Shown here: positions 12,686 through 25,650 of the stretch, one piece after another
How positions within the stretch are numbered: position 1 is the first letter of the stretch
Layout: the number at the start of each line of letters is the position of its first letter
Notes under the pieces: generated by a model
Database searches by the model: none
Seen by the model: only the letters and a program-made list of their open reading frames with translations
Told to the model about the DNA's origin: nothing
NCBI RefSeq assembly: GCF_004010195.1
Contig: NC_057728.1
Span: 53,154,174 to 53,218,173, forward strand
Direction of reading: 5' to 3'
Source: Chiloscyllium plagiosum
Taxonomy: Eukaryota
Length of the DNA: 64,000 nucleotides
Program-made: the position numbers and the translations under genes

Positions 12686-13820
12686 AGTATATTCCTGTTA
12701 ATGTGGAAGGAATGGCTGGTAGGTGTAGGGAATGCTGGATGACTAGAGAAATTGCGGGTTTGGTTAAGAAAAAGAAGGAAGCATATGTCAGGTGAGATCG
12801 AGTGAATCTTTAGAAGAGTAGGAAGGCAGTAAGAGTCTACTTGAGAGGGAAATCAGGAGGGCAACAAGGGGACAAGAGATAGCTTTGGCAAATAGGGTTA
12901 AGGAGAATCCAAAGGGTTTTGGAAAATACATTAAGGACAAAAGGGTAACTAGGGAGAGAGCAGGGCACCTCAAAGATCAGCAAGGCAGCCTTTGTGTGGA
13001 GCCGCAGGAGATGGGTGAGATACAAAACAAGTATTTTGCATTAGTGTTTACTGTAGAGAAGGACATAGAAAGTGTAGAATGTAGGGAAATAGATGGTGAC
13101 ATCTGAAAAAATGTCTATATTACAGAGAAGAAAGTGCTGGATGTCTTGAAATGCATAAAAGTGGATAAGTCCCCAGAACCTGATCAGGTGTACACCAGAG
13201 CTCTGTGGGAAGCTGGGGAAGTGATTGCTGGGCCATTTGCTGAGATATTTGTATCATCGATAGTCACAGGTGAGGTGCTGGAAGACTGGAGGTTGGCAAA
13301 CGTGATGCCACTGTTTAAGGAAGGTGGCAAGGACAAGCCAGGGAACTATAGACCAAAGGGCTTGATGTCAGTGGTGGGCAAGTTGTTGGAGGGAATCCTA
13401 AGAGACAGGATTTACATGTATTTCGAAAGGCAAGGACTAATTAGGGATAGTCAACATGGTTTTGTGCATGGGAAATCATGTCTCACAGACTTGATTGAGT
13501 TTTTTGAAGAAGTAATAAACAGGATTGATGAGGGAAGAGTAGTAGATGTGATCTATATAGGCTTCAGCAACGCGTTCGATGAGGTTCTCCATGGGAGACT
13601 GGTTAGCAAGGTTAGAGGGAGAACTAGCCATTTGGATACAGATCTGGCTTGTAGGTAGAAGACAGAGGGTGGTGATGGTGGAGGGTTGTTTTTCAGATTG
13701 GAGGCCTGTGACTAGTGGAGTGTCACAAGGATCGGTGCTGAGTCCACTACATTTCATCATTTATATAAATTATTTTGATGTGAGCATAAAAGGTCTAGTT
13801 AGTAAGTTTGCAGAAGACAC

Positions 13821-14137
13821 GCGGCACAGTGGCTCAGCGGTTAGCACTGCAGCCTCACACACCAGGATGCCAGGTTCGATTCTAGCCTCGGTTGACTATC
13901 TGTGTGGAATTTGCACATTCTCCCTGTGTCTGCGTGGGTTTCCTCCAGGTGCTCCGGTTTTCTCCCACAGTCCAAAGATGTGCAGGTTGGGTGAATTGGC
14001 CATACTAAATTGCCCATAGTGTTAGGTGCATTAGTCAGAGGGAAATGGGTCTGGGTGCGTTACTCTTTGGAGGGTCGGTGTGGACTAGTTGGGCCAAAGG
14101 GCCTGTTTCCACACTGTAGGGAGTCTAATCTCTAATC
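13821..14137 (+). mobile_element. HE1-type V-SINE inserted at the CR1 RT catalytic motif
   Basis: SINE separates KFAEDT from KIGGVVDSEEG. Confidence 0.9.
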
Positions 14138-14489
14138 TCAAAATTGGAGGTGTAGTGGACAGCGAAGAAGGTTACCTCAGATTACAATGGGATCTTCATC
14201 AGATGGGCCAAAGGTTTGAGGAGTGGCAGATGGAGTTTAATTTAGATAAATGTGAGGAGCTGCATTTTGGGAAAGCAAATCTTAGCAGGACCTATACACG
14301 CAATGGTAAGGTCCTTGGGAGTGTTGCTGAACAAAGAGACCTTGGAGTGCAGGTTCATACTTTTATGGTATTTTTTATGTCTAGAGGGTCAGCCCTGATT
14401 GCTTTTTTTCTCAATCCATGGATTTAACTCCACAGCCTTCTGACCAGACTCAAAGGGGTGTCATGATTGACACTTAATCAAACACCTAT

Positions 14490-14930
14490 GTGCAGAAATG
14501 GTGATGCTGGAAAAGCACAGCCGGTCAGGCAGCATCTGAGGAGCAGGAGAATCAATGTTTCAGGCATAAGCCCTTCATCAGGAATGATGAGCCCTTCCTG
14601 ATGAAGGGCTTATGCCCGAAATGTTGATTCCCCTAATCCTTGGATGCTGCCTGACCGGCTGTGCTTCTCTAGCACCATACTCTTCAATTCTGATCTCCAG
14701 CACCTGCAGTCCATACTTTCTCCTCATTGATTATAACCTTACTGCGAAGCTTCTTCCAAGGATGCCTACCTTGAAGAAGTTCTCCTCCTCCCTCTACAAG
14801 ATTCCTGATGAAGGGCTTATGCCTGAAACATTGACTCTCCTGCTCCTCAGATGCTGCCTGATCGGCTGTGCTTTTCCAGCACCACACTCTTGACTCTGAG
14901 CCCCAGTATTTGCAGTCCCCACTTTCACCT
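14490..14930. mobile_element. Cluster of three PLE terminal repeats (one inverted, two tandem)
   Basis: Hammerhead-like cores at about 14555-14581 (-), 14598 (+) and 14805 (+). Confidence 0.8.
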
Positions 14931-15219
14931 ATGTATGTAACCTTGATGCATTATCCTTGAAGAAATTGCAGTTCATCAAGTTAGATTTCCTGCTGTTTAT
15001 ACAGAGTGTTGCTTCAGCAGGAGGGTCAGATTCCAATTGGGTGATTGCAATGGGCTTGGCTGATGTCTATTGTATTCTGGAGCGTCCACTGCCAATGGCT
15101 CCCTCACCTGTATCTATGTGAGGATATTCAGCAACTGGGAACGAGGCAGTGTGTAGGGTGTTGGCTGACGGGGACGGAGAGCCAATAGGTGAAAAGGGGA
15201 GCTCTTTGAGTGAAGTTCC

Positions 15220-16205
15220 TATTTCCATGGTCCATGGCGGACCTCTGAGCAGAATTAGAGCTTATGGAATAAAGCAGGACAGGAGCAGCATGCATAGCAA
15301 ATTGACTGAGTGACAGGAAGTAGAGCGGAATGGCTAATGGATGCTCTTCAGACTAGAGAAAGGAAGTAGCATCACCAGTGGTTAGTGATGGTAGTCCTGC
15401 TTTTCTTGACATTTATGCTAATAACCCAGATCTTGGTTGAACGGGCAAAATTTCAAGATTTGTGGTTGGTATGGAGTTTGGAAGCATTGTAAACCATGAG
15501 CAAAATGCAGGAGAACATCAAAAGAATAGACGAGTTGCAGGAGTGGGCAGGTAGGCGGCAGAAGGAGTTCAATACGGAACATGTGGAGCAGTATCCTCGG
15601 TGTTTATGAATAGAGGAAGGAAGTACAAAGGTGAGGAAGTTACCTTAAAACTGAATAAAACTCTGGATCAGCCTCAGCTGGAATAGTGTAGCTAGTTGTA
15701 GCTGGCTGTTTCACTTTAAGAAGGAGATGAAGACATGAGAGAGGGTGTAGGAAAAAATTAATACGAATGGTTCCAGGGTCAGGAGCTTTGTAGGTACTTT
15801 GGAGAAATCGGGTTATTCTCCTCAGAGAAGTGAAGGTTGAAAAGGATTTGATTGAGGTGTTCAAAATTGTCAGGGTGTGGACAGAGCAGATGAGGAGAAA
15901 GTGTTTGCATTGATGGAAGGCTCAAGAACCAGAAAATATTGATTTAAGTGAGCTGGTAAAAGAAGCAATATGGCAGAGGAAAAGCCTCTTCAGGTAGCGC
16001 AGCGAGTGGTTACGATCTTAATAGCACAAGAGTGTAGTGGAACAATTGAGGCTTTCCAGAAGGGGTTGGATTATTACCTGAGAAGGAAGAGTATGCAAGG
16101 CTACCAGGAGAAGGTAGAGGAATGGCATGAGGTGAATCGTTCATTCAGAAAGCTGGCACAGATGCAATGGACTGAGTACCCTCCAGCTGCACTATAATAA
16201 TTCTG
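15220..16205 (+). mobile_element. Old, highly diverged CR1 3' half
   Basis: Degenerate RT C-terminal and 3' UTR similarity to the other CR1 copies. Confidence 0.6.
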
Positions 16206-19004
16206 CGTTTCTGTGCCCAGCTTCCACCATAACACAGACCATCCCCTGCTCTCCCTGCTACCAGTTTATGTTTGTGTTCACTTGTCACATGTGGCTCACA
16301 AATTGAAAACCTACATCGCTCCAGAATGTGTCTTCAGATTTGTGTTAATGCTGACGAGCTCGCCATGTATTTTGAGGTTTTCTTTTTTTTTATTTCAGAT
16401 TGTTTAAAAGAAAAATTCATTTTCAGTTCTTAACTCCTTGTTTTAAAAACTTGTTAATTTTCAGAAACCTTTTCGCTCTTGGTGCGGGTCCATTCTAATC
16501 TGCCTTGGAGCGATGTGGTTTTCAAGACTGCCTCATTTACATTAATTGACTTAGTTAAAGAGGCTTATTTGTGAGAATATTAATTAGAGCCTCAGACCTT
16601 CACATCAGTACCTAGGAATTGTGCTCAGGTCTTGTTAAAAGCAGGTCTTAGGAACTACTTTGGGTTTTTTCTCCCCCAGGAAATGGACCTTATTCATAAA
16701 ATTTGTCAAAATACAGAACGACAAAATTGTTGATGGTCAGAAAGAGACCATTCAATTCGTCATGCCTATGCCGGTTCTCCAAATCCATAATCCACCCACT
16801 GCCGTGCTCCCGCCTTCTCCCTTTGGCCTTGCATGTTCCTCCCTTTCAGATTATAATCCAATTGCCTCTTGAGAGCCTGGATTGAACCTGCCTCCACCAC
16901 GTTCTCAAGTAGTGCTGTCCAGATCCAAACCACTGGTTCGTGTGAGCCTGAAGTGTCGGTGAGGGAGGTGCCCTGGTATTGAGAGCAGGAAGCCCGAGGT
17001 TTTCTGGAGTGTGAGCCAAAGTGGAGGAGACCAAACCCTTGCAGGAAGTGCACTTAAAAAAGACTGTAGAACTTTTACCTTTATTTCTTCATTTCTCCAG
17101 TTAATACTGGGAAGGACTGTAATGTTAACTTTAAACTTTATTTTTCTATTATATTAAGAACAACAGTAATGCTTTACTTTCATCCACAGCCCTCCCACTG
17201 GAAAACCAACTAGTTTTAGGATAGAGCAAAATGTGTCTGTCACCAAGTTGATGTTTGTCCAGCAGCAGATATTTTAAACTAAGGTGGGGCCCTAAACTGT
17301 TCATAATATTTTCTCTGTGGTTTGGTTAGTGCCTTGTATAGTTTTAGCCAAACCTTCCTATGTTCATACTTCATTCCCCTTGAAATAAAGGACAGCATTT
17401 CATTTGCCTTCCCTCTAACCACTTTGTGATTCATGATGAGGATTCCCAAATCCCACTGCGCTGTAGCTTTCTGCCATCAATTTAACTAATATTCAGCTTC
17501 TCTATTCTTTCTGTCAAAATACTTATGAAATAATGCACAAAGGCCAGTATCCCGTTACCAAGTCATCCTTTATTTACTTGTGCACATTACACTGGTTATT
17601 ACCAGCCTGCTCGGAGTCAGTCCCCTGAGCTGAGGAGATTCTAAATCTCCCATTTATATAGTTTTTAAAAAATGTTTTTTTATTTTATGCAACGTTATAC
17701 AAATCGACATGACGCGCTAACAATGGACAATCAAAAAACTACAAAGAAATGGGGTCTCGAAAACAAATGCCTCAAATCCCCAATAACCAACAGGAAAAGC
17801 AATACAGAAGCAATAAAATAAACCATATCACAGTCCTCCAAATAAAAAACACACAGTGTACAGCCAAAAAACAGTGCATTAAAGGAAACCAACATGGCAG
17901 CACCCTCCAGCAAAATGAACTCACCCCGGAGACACATAAAACACAATGCAGATATGGAAATACAAATCAATCACAACCTACACAATAAGGTACAGTGCAA
18001 ACATGATATACACATGAGCATACAGAGCAAACCACGAGGGGATAAGAATCCACTCATGAGACAGATTCCGTTCCAAGACAGGGTCAACTCATGAGACAGC
18101 GTCCACTCATGAAGTGGGGGCTGTTCCAGATACAGGGGCTGCACTCAGAGTCCGCTGTCCAACTCAGAATCCACTTCCCAAACTGTAACCTGACTCTGAC
18201 AACAGGGTTTACTCCCAATGGCAGGTCCTCCTCCTGTCGGCAGGGTGCACACACTCAACACATGAAGGCCCGTCTCCCCACTGAGGTCCTGTCCCACTCA
18301 CACCGCCACAATCTGCTCCCAGAGGCCTAGAATCAGCCTATTCAAGGAGGTGGGGCCCACCATGGAGGTTCAGTTCACGCACTGGAATTGAGGCAGGGCA
18401 GGTAAGAAGTTCAGTCCAAACAGCTGACTGTGGAACAAAGAATTAGTCCCACTACCAAATTGCCTCTTCCACTCTCACATCTTCTCCAAAATAATAGCAC
18501 TGTTGCATGATCCCAAAGGTGAAGGGGAGGGAAGGGATTAAATCAAAATAGAGTTGGAGGGGGAAATAAAACACTTCACTATTCCCCTGTTTTTTTTATT
18601 TTTAAGAGGGGGTGAAAGAAAGAAAGCAACTCTCCTCCTCCAAAACACAGAGATAGGCATGGGCAGCAGGAACACACTGATTGTGGTCCAGCCAGCACAG
18701 AGTCAGTTCCCTAAACTAAGGAGATTCTAAATCTCCTGGTTGTACAGATAGCATGAAGAAATATTTTGGTTTTCAATTTTCGTTTGCTTTGGCTAAAGCT
18801 GGATGTGAAAGACAGTTACTCCTGAAGGAAGGAAATAGTTCAGAACTGTTAAGAAATAGGTTAACTCAGTATAAGAAGTTTAGCTTGAAAGTTCCAGACA
18901 AGAATTGTTTGGTTAAAATCCTGAATGAGTTACGTGAAGCTGCAAAAGTCTAAGCTCAGTGGTATGAAAATTCAAAGTTGCAGAGAGCCAAACCAAAGTG
19001 GGCT

Positions 19005-19270
19005 GTTGGGTGGCTCAGTGGTTAGTATTTCTGCCTCACAGCATCAGGGACCCAGGTTCAATTCCAACCTTGGTGTTTGCATGTTCTCTCCATGTCTGTA
19101 GATGCTCTGGTTTCCTTCCATAGTCCAAAGGTGTGCAGATTAGGTGGATTGGCAGAGCTAAATTTCCCATTGTGAAATAGAGTGTGGGTCTAAGGAATAC
19201 TCTTCAGAGTGTCAGTGTGGACTCAATGGGCCAAATGGCCTGCTTCCACACTATAGGGGTTCTATGATTC
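19005..19270 (+). mobile_element. Diverged V-SINE
   Basis: gtggctcagtggttag A box, ggttcaattcc B box, partial V domain. Confidence 0.75.
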
Positions 19271-19879
19271 AAACCTCCCCTCTACTCTTTCTGCTAAATA
19301 CTTTAATTCATTGAACTGGGAACAATCTTCTCCATCAGAACCCATATGAATGTATGAACATAGCAGTTAGGATGACAATATAATAACTAACAAGGTATCT
19401 CTTTTCTATCTAAATGCTGTTGGCTGAACAAAGGATGTGCTTTGAATGTCCAAATTAACTACTTTTGTCTGTAAGACATAGAAGCAGAAGTAAGCTATTT
19501 GGTCCATTGAGTCTGCTCTGCCATTCAATATATGTAGTCAATGTTATCAATTTAAGGAATCTTGAATATACAACAATAATGTGACAATGATATATATAAA
19601 CCCACGATTTTCCAGCTTTAGGTATCACTCGAGAGAACATAAGAGATGAGAATATCTCCATTTGCTGCACTCTCCCCCTGTCTGTTCATGCTAATGTTAC
19701 CTGGCTCTTTAGGGAAATAAATCTGCTGTTCCTACTTGGTCTGACTTACATGTGACTCCAGACTCACAGCAATTTACTCTTGACTGCCTCTGGAATAGTC
19801 CAGAAAGCCTCTCAATTCAAGGCAATTAAGGACGGACAATAAATGCTGGCATCATCCATATCCCATGAATGAATAAAGA

Positions 19880-20400
19880 AATACAATGGAGGCCATTTAG
19901 TCCATCTTATTTATGTGAATCTCTTCAAAACAGCAGTGCATTTACTCCCATTCCCCTGTTATTTCCAAAAAGAACCCGTAATTTGTCTCCCCTTCAAGTA
20001 TTTATCCAATTCCCTTGTTGAAATTCACTTCGGATGGTGAAACCAGATTCAATCAGGTAGTGAAATCCAAATCCTAAATCCATTGAGTTAAAACACATTT
20101 TCTCAGGGTCTTTTGCCAGTCGTGTTTAATCTTTGTCCCATCATTATTAGCCAGTTGGAAGCAGTTTCCCTTATTTTCTCTAGTTAAACCCTCCAGTCTC
20201 TGCTTATAATTAAAGGCTGTTATTCCTAGAAACATTTCAGTCAATCTCCTTTGCACCTTTTCCAAGGCATTAACATACTTCCAACTGCGTAGTTCCCCAA
20301 AATGGACACAAGAACCTGTCTGAGCCAAAACAGAGTTTTATATAGGCTCAGCATAACTTTATGGTATTTGTTCTTAATGTTTGTATTAATGGTAATGGAA
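19880..20400 (-). mobile_element. Old CR1 3' fragment
   Basis: ALEKVQRRLTEM and VMLSLYKTL. Confidence 0.6.
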
Positions 20401-20439
20401 CCAAGAAATTGACAATTCTTCAAGTTATGATAAAAGATG

Positions 20440-21521
20440 CATAACATATTATTAATGTTTGGGAATTTAGCATTTTAAACTCGAGGCAGGTGTGTGAGTT
20501 CATTTCTCTGAAGATGAATGTGATTTTTCTATGAGGTCAAAAATGAATTTGACATAGTGAAGTAAAAGCATAATTTCTAAGAAGCCATGTGCTTGGCAGG
20601 AGACCTGCAGTGTTAAATGGGGACAATTCTGTGTCTTATGATCCTGCTCCAAAGCTATCTGATGAAGGAGCGGCGATCGAAGGCTAGTGCTTCCAAATGA
20701 ACCTGTTGGACCATAACCTGGTGTTGTGTGATTTTTAAGTTTGTCCACCCCAGTCCAATACCGGCTCCTCCACATTGAGTTTACAACAGATACAGAAAAA
20801 TAGAGGACAGGCCATAACTTGGTTTTGACTTCAGAATAGAAGAATCGAGTTTTCAGTTCAGGAGGGAACAGCCACCTAGCAAAAAGAAATTATGAAACCT
20901 CCAAGCTAGAACAATTTAAATAGAAGTTTTCAAGTTTTCAGAACTGAAAGGAAAGAGAAGCCATCAGAATCGAGAAAAATGGTTCATGCTAGCAGACTTG
21001 GAAAGCAGCAGTTGGAAAGAAACTATCTCAGCAGTCTAAGGAGGAAGACCTTCTAAAACAAAGAAGTGCAAATGCTAGGAATCTGAAACAAGAACACAAA
21101 TTTCTGGGAAACCTCAATAGGACTGGCAGTATCTGTGGACAGAAAGTTGACTCCAACAATTTCTGTTTCTTATAGGAAGGCTATTGGAACAGTTAGTTGG
21201 AGAGTTGAGTTGGGAATGATATTTCTCTGAGATTGACTATCTGTGATGGATAGTGTTGGGAAATGTTTAAACCTTGTTTTACAGTTTACATTAAGATCTT
21301 CCTAAACTGCCTTGTATATGAATGTAGCTTTGCTTTTTTTTTCTTTTGTGTAATAAACTTGTGTTCTTTAGTTAAAGAATATTTGAAGCCTCACATATTC
21401 ATGTCCAGTGACTAACTGTCACTGTAACCAAGTGCAAAAAAATTGAACTTATGATTTATTAAGGCAGGCTTCAGTCTGGGGTTTGAATTGTCCAGTATTA
21501 CCATGAGCTGAGATCATTACA
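20440..21521 (+). mobile_element. Possible solo LTR with small PLE insertions
   Basis: aataaa near 21352 followed by a U5-like stretch ending gatcattaca; left end not defined; PLE fragments at about 20630-20775 and 21060-21170. Confidence 0.35.
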
Positions 21522-22189
21522 AAGTTCTCTTCATTATCTTCATTAACTGAATCTTCTTTAACTGAATGATGCACTATTGTTGGGATGAAACACAAGAAAT
21601 ATGTGACCAAAGGCTTGGTCAAAGAGATATGTTTTCAGGATCATCTTCAAGACTTAGGGAGGTGAGACATTTACAGAAGGAATTCCAGAATTCAGGTCAA
21701 TTCAGCTGAAGCATGGCACCAATGCTGGAGCAAATGATTAGAGGACATAGAACTGTACAGCACAAGAATTGGCCCTTCGGCCTGCAATATTGTGCCAAAC
21801 ATGATGCCAAATTAAACGAATCCCTTCTGCCTGCCCTCGTTCCATATCCCTCAATTCCTTGCATATTCATGTGCTTATCTAAAAGTCCCTTAAATGCCTC
21901 TATTGTATCTGCCTCCATCACCATCCCTTATAGCAGGTTCCAGAGTCTTACTACTCCCTGTGTAAAAGACTTGCCCCCTCACATCTCCTTTGAACTTTCC
22001 CCTCTCACATTAAATGCATGCCCACTAGTTTGAGACATTTCTCTAGGAAAACAATTCTGACTGTCAACCCTATCTATGCATCTCATAATTTTATAGACTT
22101 TTATCAATCTTTCCTCATCCTCTGCTGCTCCAGTGGTGAGATAAAACACTTCAAAGTCATAAAAGGTTCTGATAAGGTAATTGTTTAAT

Positions 22190-25186
22190 ACAATCCCAAT
22201 AATCTGATCATCCGTTTCTTATTTCTCAGTTCCACCCAAATAACTTCCCTGGGATGTATTTCCGGGAACATCCTCCCTCAGCACAGCTGTAATGCTATCC
22301 CTTATCAAAAATGCCACTCCCCCTCCTCTCTTGCCTCCCTTTCTATCCTTCCTGTAGCATTTGTATCCTGGAACATTAAGCTACCAGTCCTGCCCATCCC
22401 TGAGACATGTTTCTGTAATTTGTATGATATCCCAGTCCGATGTTACTATCCATGCCCTGAGTTCATCTGCCTTCCCTGTTAGGCCCCTTGCATTGAAATA
22501 AATGCAGTTTAATTTATTAGTCTTACCTTGTCCCTGCCTGCCCTGTTTGACTCACTTCTGTTCTCAGCTATACCCGTCTCAGATCGATCTCTTTCCTTGC
22601 TATCTCCCTGAGTCCTACCCCCCCGCCACCTTACTAGTTTTAATCCTCCCAAGCAGTTCTAGCAAATTTCCCTGCCAGTATATTAGTCCATTTAGGTACA
22701 ATCTGTCCTTCTTGTACAGGTCACTTCTACCCCAAAAGAGATTCCAATGATTCACATTTTTGGAAATGTTTAGATGGAGAGGAATTTCTAAAGTGTGTAC
22801 AAGTCAATTTTCTGATTCAGTATTTGGATGTATCTACTAAAGAAGGTGCAAAACTTGACCTACTCTTGGGAAATAAGGCAGGGCAGGTGACTGAGGTGTA
22901 AGTGGGAGAGCACTTTGGGGCCAGCGACCATAATTCTATTAGTTTTAAAATAGTGATGGAAAAGGATAGACCAGATCTAAAAGTTGAAGTTCTAAATTGG
23001 AGAAAGGCCAATTTTGACGGTATTAGGCAAGAACTTTCAAAAGCTGATTGGAGGCAGATGTTCGCAGGTAAAGGGACGGCTGGAAAATGGGAAGCCTTCA
23101 GAAATGATATAACAAGAATCCAGGGAAAGTATATTCCTGTCAGGATGAAAGGGAAGGCTGGTAGGTATAGGGAATGCTGGATGACTAAAGAAATTGAGGG
23201 TTTGGTTAAGAAAAAGAAGGAAGCATATGTCAGGTATAGACAGGATAGATCGAGTGAATCCTTGCAAGAGTATAAAGAAAGTAGGAGTATACTTAAGAGG
23301 GAAATCAGGAGGGCAAAACGGGGACATGAGATAGCTTTGGCAAATAGAATTAAGGAGAACCCAAAGGGCTTTTACAAATATATTAAGGACAAAAGGGTAA
23401 CTAGGGAGAGAATAGGGCCCCTCAAATATCAGCAAGGCGGCCTTTGTGTAGAGCCACAGAAAATGGCGGAGATACTAAATGAATATTTTGCATCAGTATT
23501 TACTGTGGAAAAGGATATGGAAGATATAGATTGTAGGGAAATAGATGGTGACATCTTGCAAAATGTCCAGATTACAGAGGAGGAAGTGCTGGATGTCTTG
23601 AAATGGTTAAAGGTGGATAAATCGCCACGACCTGATCAGGTATACCCGAGAACTCTGTAGGAAGCTAGAGAAGTGATTGCTGGACCTCTTACTGCGATAT
23701 TTGTATCATCGATAGTCACAGATGAGGTGCCGGAAGACTGGAGGTTGGCAAACGTGGTGCCACTGTTTAAGAAGGGTGGTAAAGACAAGCCAGGGAACTA
23801 TAGACCAGTGAACCTGACCTCGGTGATGGGCAAGTTATTGGAGGGAATCCTGAGGGACAGGATGTATATGTCTTTGGAAAGGCAAGGACTGATTGTGCGT
23901 GGGAAATCATGTCTCACAAACTTGATTGAGTTTTTTGAAGAAGTAACAAAGAAGATAAATTATTGATGTCACAAGGAATTAAGGGCTACGGGGAGAATGC
24001 GGGTAAGTGGAGTTGAAATGCCCATCAGCCATGATTGAATGGCGGAGTGGACTCGATGGGCCAAATGGCCTTACTTCCGCTCCTATGTCTTATGGTCTTA
24101 AGATTGATGAGGGCAGAGCAGTAGATGTGATCTATGTGGACTTCAGTAAGGCGTTCGACAAGTTCCCCATGGGAGACTGATTAGCAAGGTTAGATCTCAT
24201 GGAATACAGGGAGAACTAGCCATTTGGATAAAGAATTGGCTCAAAGGTAGAAGACAGAGGGTGGTGGTGGAGGGCTGTTTTTCAGACTGGAGGCCTGTGA
24301 CCTGTGGAGTACCACAAGGATCGGTGCTGGGCCCTCTACTTTTTGTCATTTACATAAATGATTTGGATGCGAGCATAAGAGGTACAGTTAGTAAGTTTGC
24401 AGATGACACCACAATTGGAGGTGTAGTGGACAGCGAAGAGGGTTACCTCAGATTACAACAAGATCTTGCTCAGATGGGCCAATAGGCTGAGAAGTGGCAG
24501 ATGGAGTTTAATTCAGATAAATGTGAAGTGCTGCATTTTGGGAAAGCAAATCTTAGCAGGACATATACACTTAATGGTAAGGTCCTAGGGAGTGTTGCTG
24601 AACAACTGTACAGGACATTGGTTAGGCCACTGTTAGAATATTGCGTGCAATTCTGGTCTCCTTCCTATCGGAAAGATGTTGTGAAACTTGATGTTCAGAA
24701 AAGATTTACTAGGATGTTGCCAGGGTTGGAGCATCTGAGCTACAGGGAGAGGCTGAACAGGCTGGTGCAGTTTTCCCTGGAGCGTCGGAGGCTGAGGGGT
24801 GACCTTATAGAAGTTTACAAAATTATGAGGGGCATGGATAGAATAAATAGGCAAAGTCTTTTCCTGGGATCAGGGAGTCCAGAACTAGAGGGCATAGGTT
24901 TAGGGTGAGAGGCGAAAGATATAAAAGAGACCTAAGGGGCAACATTTTCACGCAGAGGGTGGTACATGTATGGAATGAGCTGCCAGAGGATGTGGTGGAG
25001 GCTGGTACAATTGCAACATTAAAGAGGCATTTGGATGGGTATATGAATAGGAAGGGTTTGGAGGAATATGGGCCGGGTGCTGGCAGGTGGGACTAGATTG
25101 GGTTGGGATATCGGGTCGGCATGGACGGGTCAGACCGAAGGGTCTGTTTCTATGCTGTACATCTCTATGACTCTATAACTCTATGG
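22190..25186 (+). mobile_element. Relatively young CR1 LINE ORF2 with an inverted 5' segment (22190-22750) and a nested CR1 tail (about 23958-24099)
   Basis: 252-aa open stretch, GVPQGSVLGP, YINDL, KFADD, intact 3' UTR with ctatgact tail; 22190-22750 is the reverse complement of the ORF1-end/APE region seen at about 11450-11990. Confidence 0.9.
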
Positions 25187-25465
25187 TAATAGTTTATTCA
25201 GACTGCTCAGAGATGAAAGCATGTAAGTCATTGATAACTCACCTACATAAATAATTCGCTATGGTCAAAGCAATGTTGTTGAAAGAAAACCCAATTACTT
25301 ATTTTTGAAATTGAATTGATAGTTGCTCAAAAAGCAAAAATTAAAAGTTGAAGAAGTGGATTTAGAGTAGGGGATTTATGCAGATTGAATAACCCAGCGC
25401 AGATTTGATTGACTGGTTCTGGAACAATCAAAGATTTATTCCATGTTGCTGTCAGTGTGACTTAC

Positions 25466-25650
25466 CAATAGAGGTCAGTAGTGTGCTGTTTCAATCGAGG
25501 TATCACTGAGGAGCCTGGCTGGGAGAAGGTTAGAGTGAGCAGTGCAATGGGGGTGAAACTAGTCCACGCCAACATCACAAAATGGGCTGCTGGCCAATCA
25601 GCAGCTGGATTTTCACTGAGCCAATTCTTATTTTCCATTGACGTGGAAAA
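25466..25650 (-). promoter_or_regulatory. Candidate non-coding first exon and promoter of the minus-strand gene
   Basis: Consensus donor G|GTAAGT at 25465-25460 in unique sequence; ggccaatcag near 25591, a second ccaat near 25621 and tgacgtg near 25638. Confidence 0.3.

Larger units (their letters stand above)
9598..14358 (+). mobile_element. Near full-length CR1 LINE (5' UTR, ORF1, APE, RT; 3' truncated) carrying three nested insertions
   Basis: ORF1 from 10634 (MAFSRVVCSSCQMWE) with SGNH esterase motifs IVLGDSLVR, VIVHIGTSD, RLHLNWKG; ORF2 has AITETWL, VGDFNFP, SDHN, SQHGF, SGVSQGS, KFAEDT; many stops. Confidence 0.92.

Noticed and set aside
22902..23660. Active LINE ORF2
   Set aside because: Stops, deletions, a nested insertion and a 5' inversion interrupt the frame
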